From Actinomycetota bacterium (GTDB lineage: Bacteria > Actinomycetota > Thermoleophilia > Miltoncostaeales > Miltoncostaeaceae): a stretch of 64,000 nt of DNA. Below the pieces are notes generated by a model, which saw only the letters and a list, made by a program, of their open reading frames with translations, was not told the DNA's origin and made no database searches. This document shows, piece after piece, positions 25,429 through 32,649 of the stretch. The stretch's first letter is position 1. Each line of letters begins with the position of its first letter. Made by a program: the position numbers and the translations under genes. Location: the NCBI GenBank assembly GCA_046095485.1, contig JBJTJN010000059.1:6565-70564 (forward strand), given 5' to 3'.

Positions 25429-27069
25429 GTGAAGATCCGTTACATCGAGCCGAAGCCCCGGGGGGCCACGATCTACGAGATCGCCAACCTCCCCAAGCTG
25501 GGCCTGCCCCTGCTCGCGGCGATCGCGCGCAACACCTACGACGACATGGACCAGCACATCTACTGCGAGCTGATCCGCGGCGTGGAGGTGGACTGGGACG
25601 ACGTGCTCACCAGTGACCTGGTGTGCATCTCCACCACCACCAACACCACGCTCGAGGGCTACCGCTACGCCGACCGCTGCCGCGCCGCGGGAATCCCCGT
25701 GCTGTTCGGCGGCTCGCACGTCACCTTCATGTCGCACGAGGCCCTGCAGCACGCCGACTACGTGATCCGCCGCGAGGGCCACGTGGGCTTCGCGCAGTTC
25801 ATGGAGTGGTTCCGGGGCGACAAGGACCCGGCCGGCCTGCACGAGATCATGGGCCTGTCGTTCATCGAGAACGGCACCCAGGTGGACAACCCCGAGGCCC
25901 CCATGGCGTCGGGCGAGGACCTCGACAACCTGCCGTTCCCGGCGCTCGACCTGCTCGAGGGCCACGAGCGCATGGTCACCCACCCGATCATGATGAAGTG
26001 GGGCTGCCCCTACGACTGCTCGTTCTGCAGCGTGATCAAGATGTTCGGCCGCAAGCTGCGCACGCGCTCGGTGGAGAACATGATGGAGGAGCTGCGCGGG
26101 GTCAACCCTGAGCGCGTCTTCTTCTACGACGACATCTTCATCGTCGACAAGAAGCAGGCGAAGTCGCTCTTCCGCGCGATGATCGACGAGGGCATCACGC
26201 CCCAGTGGACCGCGCAGATCCGCGCCGACTCCATCTACAAGAGCAAGCAGACCCTCGAGCCCGACCACGAGCTGCTCTCGCTCATGCGCGACTCCGGTTG
26301 CTACATGGTGTACATCGGCTTCGAGAGCATCACGCAGGAGGGCCTGGACGCCTATAACAAGAAGCAGACGGTCGAGCACATCACCACCTCGATCAAGCTG
26401 CTCCACGACTACGGCATCCGCGTGCACGGGATGTTCGTGGTGGGCGCCGACACCGACACGCCCGAGACCGTGCGCGCCACGGTGGACTTCGCCATCGAGC
26501 ACGGCGTGGACACCCTGCAGATGATGATGCTCACCACCCTGCCGGGCACGGCGTTCGACGCCCAGATGCGGGCCGAGGGCCGGGTGCTCACCGACGACTA
26601 CTCGCTGTACGACGGGCACCACTGCATCATCCAGCCCAAGCTCATGACGCCCTACCAGCTCCAGATGGAGACCTGGAAGAACATGCTGCGCTTCTACTCC
26701 AAGAAGACGCCGTGGGAGCTGGGCAAGAAAGAGATCCGGGCCAACCTGTGGCAGTTCCTGCGCCTCCTCACCGAGGTGAAGTTCATGAAGAACCTGCCCA
26801 AGGCCGTGCGCCTGTGGCTCACCAACCGCCCGTCGGAGAGCTTCAAGCTCATCCGCACCACCATCTCGCGTCGCGGCATGCGCACGATCTACGAGACCTT
26901 GGGCGTGGCGATCTTCCGTGCCTACGGCCGCAAGCAGCTGCTGAAGTTCACCGACCAGCCCGAGTCGATGGTGCACCTCGACGAGATCCGCCGCCTGCCG
27001 GCGTGGACCCCTCCGGCGGAGTCCGAGCCGCAGGGCCAGGAGTCTCCGTCGCTCAAGGTGCTTTCGTGA
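25429..27069 (+). CDS. B12-binding-domain radical SAM protein (function unknown)
   Basis: ORF 25429..27069 (GTG, GGAGG 8 nt upstream). N-terminal Rossmann-like cobalamin-binding-type domain (DLVCISTTTNTTLEGYRYADRCRAAGIPVLFGGSHVT). Radical SAM cluster motif WGCPYDCSFCS (CxxxCxxC, nt 26005-26028). About 100 aa of basic C-terminal extension. Confidence 0.8.
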   Translation: MKIRYIEPKPRGATIYEIANLPKLGLPLLAAIARNTYDDMDQHIYCELIRGVEVDWDDVLTSDLVCISTTTNTTLEGYRYADRCRAAGIPVLFGGSHVTFMSHEALQHADYVIRREGHVGFAQFMEWFRGDKDPAGLHEIMGLSFIENGTQVDNPEAPMASGEDLDNLPFPALDLLEGHERMVTHPIMMKWGCPYDCSFCSVIKMFGRKLRTRSVENMMEELRGVNPERVFFYDDIFIVDKKQAKSLFRAMIDEGITPQWTAQIRADSIYKSKQTLEPDHELLSLMRDSGCYMVYIGFESITQEGLDAYNKKQTVEHITTSIKLLHDYGIRVHGMFVVGADTDTPETVRATVDFAIEHGVDTLQMMMLTTLPGTAFDAQMRAEGRVLTDDYSLYDGHHCIIQPKLMTPYQLQMETWKNMLRFYSKKTPWELGKKEIRANLWQFLRLLTEVKFMKNLPKAVRLWLTNRPSESFKLIRTTISRRGMRTIYETLGVAIFRAYGRKQLLKFTDQPESMVHLDEIRRLPAWTPPAESEPQGQESPSLKVLS

Positions 27070-27284
27070 GCCGACGCATCGAGCTGGGCCTCGAGGGCGG
27101 TGGCGTGCTCCTCCTCACGGTTGAGGATGACTCCGTCGCCGCCCTCCGGGGCGCTCTCGGCGGCGATGGGTTCCACGAGGTGGCGTCCGAGGAGGGCGAC
27201 AACGCCATCGACCTCGGCAAGGTGACGTACATGCGGGTGCTGCCGGGCGACGCCAACGGCCGCATCGGGTTCGGCGGGGCCTGA
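27066..27284 (+). CDS. DUF3107 family small protein
   Basis: Last 72 codons of ORF 26712..27284. GTG 27066 overlaps the radical SAM stop (GTGA). RIELGLEGGGVLLLTVEDDSVAALRGAL...IDLGKVTYMRVLPGDANGRIGFGGA parallels the actinobacterial DUF3107 pattern (..KIGI....EL...........V...L........L.L.D..G......A.IAYVE.G....RRVGFG), as I recall it from Rv3208A/TB9.4. Confidence 0.65.
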   Translation: MSRRIELGLEGGGVLLLTVEDDSVAALRGALGGDGFHEVASEEGDNAIDLGKVTYMRVLPGDANGRIGFGGA

Positions 27285-27285
27285 T

Positions 27286-28365
27286 CTGCAACTCGGGCTC
27301 GTAGGCCTCACCAACTCCGGCAAGACCGCTCTCTTCAACCTCGTCACCGGGGGCGAGGCGGAGGTCGCGCCCTACCCCTTCACCACGCGCGATCCCAACG
27401 TGGGGGTGGCGAGCGTTCCCGACCCGCGCATCGACGCCATCGCCGACGTGCAGGACATCCCCAACCGCGTGCAGGCGCAGGTTGAGGTGGTGGACATCGC
27501 GGGGCTCAGCGAGGGCGCGGGCCAGGGCGAGGGCCTGGGCGGCGCGGCGCTTGGCCGCATCCGCGAGCTCGAGGCCACGGTGCACGTGCTTCGCGGGTTC
27601 GCCAACGCCGAGGTGCCCCACCCGCTCGAGCGCGAGGTGGACCCCCTGGCCGACGCCAAGGCCGTGGACGAGGAGCTCATCCTCGCCGACGCCGGCCAGG
27701 TGGAGCGCCGCATGGAGAAGGTGCAGAAGGGCGTGCGCGCCGGCGATGCCGACGCCAAGGCCGAGGCCGCTGCGCTCGATGCCATTACCGCCCAGCTCGG
27801 GGCCGGCCTGCCCGTGCGCACCATGGCCGACGACGACGCCAGCGCCGTGGGCAGGGCCATGGGGCTGCTCACCGCCAAGCCCGTGCTCTACCTGGTGAAC
27901 ACCGACGACCCGGGCGAGCCGCCCGCCGACGTGGCGGCCTACGCCGCCGAGCAGGGCGCGCAGGCGCTGGCGCTGCCGGTGGGCGTGGAACTCGAGCTGG
28001 CCGAGATGGACCCGGCCGAGGCCGCGGAGTTCGCCGAGGAGATGGGCCTGGGCACCACCCGCGGCGCCGATGCGGTGATCCAGGCCGGCTACCGCCTGCT
28101 CGACCTCATCACCTTCTTCACCGGATCCGGGCCGCCCGAGGCCCGCGCCTGGCCGATCCCCCGTGGCACCCCGGCCGACAAGGCCGCCGGGAAGATCCAC
28201 AGCGACATGGAGCGCGGCTTCATCCGGGCCGAGGTGGTGCCCTGGGACAAGCTGGTGGAGTGCGGATCGTTCGCCAAGGCGCGCGAGGTGGCCCTGGCGC
28301 GCATGGAGGGCAAGGACTACGTCGTGCAGGAAGGCGACGTCATGCAGATCCGCTTCAACGTCTGA
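27286..28365 (+). CDS. ychF: redox-regulated ribosome-associated ATPase YchF
   Basis: ORF 27400..28365 plus 38 upstream in-frame codons. These encode LQLGLVGLTNSGKTALFNLVTGGEAEVAPYPFTTRDPNVG (P-loop and switch I). No ATG/GTG/TTG exists between the in-frame stop (27223-27225) and 27400, so CTG 27286 is proposed as the start. C-terminal TGS-like region: ITFFTGSGPPEARAWPIPRGTPADKAAGKIHSDMERGFIRAEV. Confidence 0.88.
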   Translation: MQLGLVGLTNSGKTALFNLVTGGEAEVAPYPFTTRDPNVGVASVPDPRIDAIADVQDIPNRVQAQVEVVDIAGLSEGAGQGEGLGGAALGRIRELEATVHVLRGFANAEVPHPLEREVDPLADAKAVDEELILADAGQVERRMEKVQKGVRAGDADAKAEAAALDAITAQLGAGLPVRTMADDDASAVGRAMGLLTAKPVLYLVNTDDPGEPPADVAAYAAEQGAQALALPVGVELELAEMDPAEAAEFAEEMGLGTTRGADAVIQAGYRLLDLITFFTGSGPPEARAWPIPRGTPADKAAGKIHSDMERGFIRAEVVPWDKLVECGSFAKAREVALARMEGKDYVVQEGDVMQIRFNV

Positions 28366-28510
28366 TCCGCCGGGATCTGCCGCCGAGCACTGAGGTGCCA
28401 GGACTGCACATGACGTGACCAGTCATCGCCGTGCACGCGAGTCACGGTCACGTGTGCAAGACTCAATCAGCGGATTACCTCCCCGCGCCACCCCTGAGGC
28501 TAGGAACCCC

Positions 28511-30673
28511 ATGGCCCGCCGCGTTGTCCTGCTCATCGCCGCATTCATCCTCCTCACCCCCGTGCTGGCGGCGAACAGCGCCCAGGCCGCGGGCGCGGGG
28601 GCGTCGTTCTTCGGCACCTCGGTATCGCAGGGCGACTCGCTGTCGACGGTCGACATGGGAAATAACCTGAAGCTGAGGAACGTCAGCGTCTCATCGGTGA
28701 CGGGTGGCGGGGGCGCCTCGACCTCGACCATCTCGGCAACCGGGTCGCTGTACATCGGCAGCGACACCAGCCCCCTGTCGGTGTCGGTGTCGTATTCCAA
28801 CACCACGACGCGATCCATGAACGTGACCACGACCACCGGCGACTGGTCGATCAGGATCGCGAGGAATAGCGCGGGCAGTGGCTATGCGCCGCTCTCGGGC
28901 TCCGGCGTCAACCTCAATGGGCTGAGCGGCAGGCTGGCGGGATCGCTCACCAACGGCTCGGTATCGAGCGGATCGCTGGATACGTCGCTCACCATCACGG
29001 GCGTCAGCTACGGCGGCGCGACGTACAGCGGGACGGCAGCGGTGTCGTCAACCGGCATCCAGGCAACTGTGGCCGTCGACGATCTCACTGTGAACGGAAA
29101 GTCGGTGGGCTCGCTGAACATCACGGCGTCGAGCACGACCAGCACCACGTCTGCGTCCGTGACGTTCGGCACCTCAGGTACCACGGTCAATGCGGCGCTT
29201 TCCTACACCGACAGCAAGAACTGGTCCGTTAGCCTCGCGAGGAATGGGGCCGTGGGCCCTGCTGCGGCATCCGGCGCACCCATCAACTTCAACAATGTCA
29301 GCGGCACGATCGCCAAGACGAAGGGCGCCGTGAGCACGGCCCTGAGCGTCACCGGCGTCACCGTCGGCAGCGCGACGTTCGACGCCACGCTCACTGCCTC
29401 ATCCGCCGGCCTCGTCGCATCAGCCAGCGTGGACGACCTGACGCTGGCGAGCGGCTACACCATCCAGAACGCGTCAATCACGGTGTCCACCGCGTCGAAC
29501 ACGGCATCCATCTCGGGCGCACTCGTGGCGAATCCGACGACGGTGGACGTGAGCGCCTCGTACACGGACACGAACGACTGGTCCATCTCGATCGCCGCCA
29601 ACAGCGCAGGCGCGGGCTACGCGGCGCCAAACAGCACGACGCTTGACATCAACGACATCAGCGGCGCCATCAACGACGTCAGCGGCAACATCAGCTCGGC
29701 ACTGACGGCGTCGGGCGTCGCGCTCGGTGATGGCACGTTCGACCTGGTCGCCACGTTCAATGCCGACGGCACGTTCACGGCCAGTGCGTCGGGCCAGAGC
29801 CTGACGATCGGCGGAATGCTGCTGAACTCCGCCGCCATCACCCTGTCGACGGCCACGCCCGAGGCCGACATCACCGCCGACTTCACCACGGATGCCGGCA
29901 CATTCTCGTTCGACATCGGCGCGACGGCGCTGAGCGGTGGTGGATACAGCCTGCACATCGCCGGGTCTGCGGCCGACCTCGCCGTGAGCAGCACGTCGTC
30001 CAAGTTCGCCATTCAGTCGTTCGGCTTCGACACCACCGTTGACGTTCCGGCCACGGGCTGCACGTCGTGGGATGCCGCCGTCAATGGCTCGCTCCTGATG
30101 CGGGGGGACACCTTCACGCTGAACGACGCCGAGATCGCCTTCTCGTGCAACACGCTCACGAAGTTCGTGTTCTCCATCACCCTGAGCCACAAGACCAGCG
30201 ACGTCGCGATGAAGAGCGTGACGCTCACGATCAGCTGGCTGACCTACGTCTCGGGCGTGCCCACCCCGTACACGCCCACCTTCGGCACGAAGAGCCAGTA
30301 CACCAGCAAGGCTCCCTACTCCGGCACCGCCATCAAGTACTACTCGGGCTTCTTCGGGACGGCGGACTTCAGCTACCTCTACTACTTCCAGAAGGGTTCC
30401 TTCAACAAGCACATCACGTTCGGGCTGGGTTTCACGGTAGGCGTGTACCAGCAGATGGTGAAGACCGGCGTGGCCGTGAACCCCACGTACTCAGCCGGTG
30501 CCTGGGATGTCGAGATCGGGGCAATGGGGTACTTCGATGCCGACGAGCGCATCAACGGCGACATCATCTGCGATCTCAACGTGGCACCGAGCAACGACTT
30601 CGTGTGCAGCGGCAGAATGTACGTGAACCCGTCCACCGCTGGCTCCTACCACGAGTCGATGAAGAACATCTGA
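28511..30673 (+). CDS. secreted Ser/Thr/Gly-rich protein with ~120-aa tandem repeats and a Tyr/Phe-rich C-terminal domain (no family recognised)
   Basis: ORF 28415..30673, with the start at ATG 28511 giving a Sec-type signal peptide MARRVVLLIAAFILLTPVLAANSAQA. Repeat anchors (ORF numbering): SYSNTT..GDWSIRIARNSAGSGYA (aa 125), SYTDSKNWSVSLARNGAVG (aa 262), SYTDTNDWSISIAANSAGAGYA (aa 381), GGYSLHIAGSAA (aa ~510). VDDLT anchors at aa 221 and 339. The C-terminal ~200 aa have four Cys and YYSGFFGTADFSYLYYFQKGSF. Confidence 0.7.
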   Translation: MARRVVLLIAAFILLTPVLAANSAQAAGAGASFFGTSVSQGDSLSTVDMGNNLKLRNVSVSSVTGGGGASTSTISATGSLYIGSDTSPLSVSVSYSNTTTRSMNVTTTTGDWSIRIARNSAGSGYAPLSGSGVNLNGLSGRLAGSLTNGSVSSGSLDTSLTITGVSYGGATYSGTAAVSSTGIQATVAVDDLTVNGKSVGSLNITASSTTSTTSASVTFGTSGTTVNAALSYTDSKNWSVSLARNGAVGPAAASGAPINFNNVSGTIAKTKGAVSTALSVTGVTVGSATFDATLTASSAGLVASASVDDLTLASGYTIQNASITVSTASNTASISGALVANPTTVDVSASYTDTNDWSISIAANSAGAGYAAPNSTTLDINDISGAINDVSGNISSALTASGVALGDGTFDLVATFNADGTFTASASGQSLTIGGMLLNSAAITLSTATPEADITADFTTDAGTFSFDIGATALSGGGYSLHIAGSAADLAVSSTSSKFAIQSFGFDTTVDVPATGCTSWDAAVNGSLLMRGDTFTLNDAEIAFSCNTLTKFVFSITLSHKTSDVAMKSVTLTISWLTYVSGVPTPYTPTFGTKSQYTSKAPYSGTAIKYYSGFFGTADFSYLYYFQKGSFNKHITFGLGFTVGVYQQMVKTGVAVNPTYSAGAWDVEIGAMGYFDADERINGDIICDLNVAPSNDFVCSGRMYVNPSTAGSYHESMKNI

Positions 30674-31737
30674 TGCGACGACCTCTCAGCGTCGTCATCA
30701 CCTGGGTTGCGCTGATCGGCACCGCCGCAGCGGGAGGCACGGCCGTGACCATGGCCAGTGGCACCGGCGCCGAGCTGCCGTCAGCTGCCTATCAGGCGTG
30801 GTGCACCACGTCGAAGTTGTGCACATACACCATCGCCGACTCCTCGGGCATCCGCGACCTGCGCACCGGTCGCGCCGCCTGGGTCGGCGAGGACGAGGAG
30901 CTCACGCCGTCTGAGGCACGCCTCGCCGGTGGGCCCATCGCCTACTACCCCACGCTGCTCTCAGGCATCGCCGTGGCCATCAACGTCCCGGGTATCAACG
31001 GCCAGGGCGTGAACCTCACGGGCGAGACGCTGGGCGACATCTTCTCGGGCACCGTCACCAACTGGAATGCCGGGCGCATTCGGGCCACCAACCGCCACCT
31101 GCGACTGCCGACGAGCCTGCCCATCACCCTGTGCGTGCCACGCAGGGCATCGGGCGAGTCGTGGGACATGAGCGAGTACCTGGCGAAGGTGAGTCCGACG
31201 TTCAGGAAGCGCGTGGGCGGCGAGTCACTCAAGCCGAGGTGGAAGGGTGACGTGGTGCGCGTGAGCCACGTGTCACAGATGGGCGAGTGCATGGCCGCTC
31301 GGAAGGGCGGCATCACGTTCCTGCCGGTGGCCGATGCCATGCGCGAGGGGCTTACCCACGACATCGTTGCCGTGGGCAAGCGCGAGAAGGTCACCGTCAA
31401 GGTGGGCAACACGGGCAAGACGAAGACCGTCGTGAGGCACGTGTTCATCCACCCCACCGAGAAGGCCTTCCAGAAGGCGGGTCATTTCGCCGCCACGAAC
31501 GAGAAGAGCGACCTCACGGTCGATCTGACGAACAGCGCGACGCCGGGGGCCTACCCCATCACCATCGAGGCCTACGCCGTCGTGCGGAAGGATCGCAAGA
31601 TGAGCGCGGCCACTCGCAAGACACTCGCGTACTTCCTGAGCGACAAGGCGCAGGCGATGCTGCCGGGGCTTGGCTACGCACCGCTACCGAGGAGCCAACT
31701 GGCCCAGGCGCGGCAACAGCTGAAGACCGCCAGGTAG
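30673..31737 (+). CDS. PstS-like periplasmic-binding-protein family protein, orphan (no pstCAB nearby)
   Basis: 3' part of ORF 30067..31737. The ATG shares a base with the upstream stop (TGATG). N-terminal hydrophobic anchor/signal LSVVITWVALIGTAAAGGTAV. LTGETLGDIFSGTVTNWN, PITLCVPRRASGES, YPITIEAYAVV and the C-terminal LGYAPLP are typical of PstS-type PBP domains. Confidence 0.65.
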   Translation: MRRPLSVVITWVALIGTAAAGGTAVTMASGTGAELPSAAYQAWCTTSKLCTYTIADSSGIRDLRTGRAAWVGEDEELTPSEARLAGGPIAYYPTLLSGIAVAINVPGINGQGVNLTGETLGDIFSGTVTNWNAGRIRATNRHLRLPTSLPITLCVPRRASGESWDMSEYLAKVSPTFRKRVGGESLKPRWKGDVVRVSHVSQMGECMAARKGGITFLPVADAMREGLTHDIVAVGKREKVTVKVGNTGKTKTVVRHVFIHPTEKAFQKAGHFAATNEKSDLTVDLTNSATPGAYPITIEAYAVVRKDRKMSAATRKTLAYFLSDKAQAMLPGLGYAPLPRSQLAQARQQLKTAR

Positions 31738-31745
31738 GAAGTGCC

Positions 31746-31768
31746 CCGGGCCGCCGCTCACGGCCCGG
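31746..31768. terminator. hairpin between convergent genes (PstS-like / YhaM-like)
   Basis: CCGGGCCG-ccgctca-CGGCCCGG, an 8-bp stem in the 35-nt convergent gap. Confidence 0.4.
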
Positions 31769-31772
31769 CGAG

Positions 31773-32639
31773 CTAGTCGTCGAGGCCGCTCGCGCCCTCC
31801 ATGCGGGCCTTCACGCCGGCCTCCATGGAGTTCGCGCGCCACAGCGCGATGGCCTCGGCCGATGCCTGCCCCACGTGCTGGCCCGCGGGCGGGCCGTGGT
31901 GCCAGGCGATGGCGTGCAGCAGGGCGAGGCGGTGCTCGTCGTCCACGCCTGATGCACGGGCGGCCTGGTCGACCATCTGCAGGCCGATGGCCAGGTGGCC
32001 GAGCGCCTTGCCCTCGTCGGTCTGCTCCACGGTGGCGGCGCGCACCTCCCAGTTGCGGGTGTGGCCGATGTCGTGCAGCAGAGCCGCGGTGACCAGCAGG
32101 TCGCTGTCGAGCCTCGGATGCCAGGTGCACAGGCTCTGGCACAGCATGGCCACGCCCACGGTGTGCTCCACCAGCCCGCCCAGGTAGGCGTGATGGCCCG
32201 ACCTGGTGCAGGGCACCGTGCGCCAGGCCTCGGCCAGCGTGGCGTCGGCCGTCATGCGATCGAGCAGTGACCTCAGGGCCGGGTCGTGAACCTCGTCGGC
32301 CAGCCCCAGCACGTAGCCCCACATGTCCTCGGGGTCGCGGTGGCTGCGGGGGATGAGCTGCACGTCTGCGTCGGCCGCCTCAGCCGGGCGCAGCGAGCGC
32401 ACGCGCAGCACCGACCGACCGCCCCGGTCGGTGACCTCGCCGGTGACGCGCACGCGGTCGCCCTCCTCGAACTGTCCGGCGAACCAGTCGGGCTCATCGA
32501 AGATGACGGCCGGGATGGTGCCGGTGGCATCGCCCAGCGTGAGCGCCAGGTAGGGCGAGCCCTTGCGGCTCATGCGCCGCTCCTTGCGGCGGACGGCGAA
32601 CACGCCCTCCACGGGGCGCCCGGGCTCGAGGGTGGTCAC
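31773..32639 (-). CDS. YhaM-like 3'-5' exoribonuclease (OB fold + HD domain)
   Basis: ORF 31773..32639 (GTG start 10 nt after the helicase stop). OB-like N-terminus: VFAVRRKERRMSRKGSPYLALTLGDATGTIPAVIF...GDRVRVTGEV. HD domain: HHAYLGGLVEHTVGV...ALLHDIGH...AIAWHHG. Confidence 0.75.
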   Translation of the reverse strand: MTTLEPGRPVEGVFAVRRKERRMSRKGSPYLALTLGDATGTIPAVIFDEPDWFAGQFEEGDRVRVTGEVTDRGGRSVLRVRSLRPAEAADADVQLIPRSHRDPEDMWGYVLGLADEVHDPALRSLLDRMTADATLAEAWRTVPCTRSGHHAYLGGLVEHTVGVAMLCQSLCTWHPRLDSDLLVTAALLHDIGHTRNWEVRAATVEQTDEGKALGHLAIGLQMVDQAARASGVDDEHRLALLHAIAWHHGPPAGQHVGQASAEAIALWRANSMEAGVKARMEGASGLDD

Positions 32640-32649
32640 GGCGGGGACC

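Noticed and set aside
27066-27284. Small ORF directly after a B12 radical SAM gene as a possible RiPP precursor peptide (ends ...GRIGFGGA)
   Set aside because: The 72-aa sequence follows the pattern of the widespread actinobacterial DUF3107 family (as I recall it from Rv3208A/TB9.4) and looks like a small folded domain. It does not look like a leader-core peptide, and no protease, transporter or RiPP recognition genes are nearby.
28415-28510. Upstream GTG start (28415) for the repeat protein, adding 32 Arg/Ser-rich residues
   Set aside because: ATG 28511 yields a canonical signal peptide directly at the N-terminus. The extension overlaps the putative promoter and inverted-repeat region and has no hydrophobic or conserved features.
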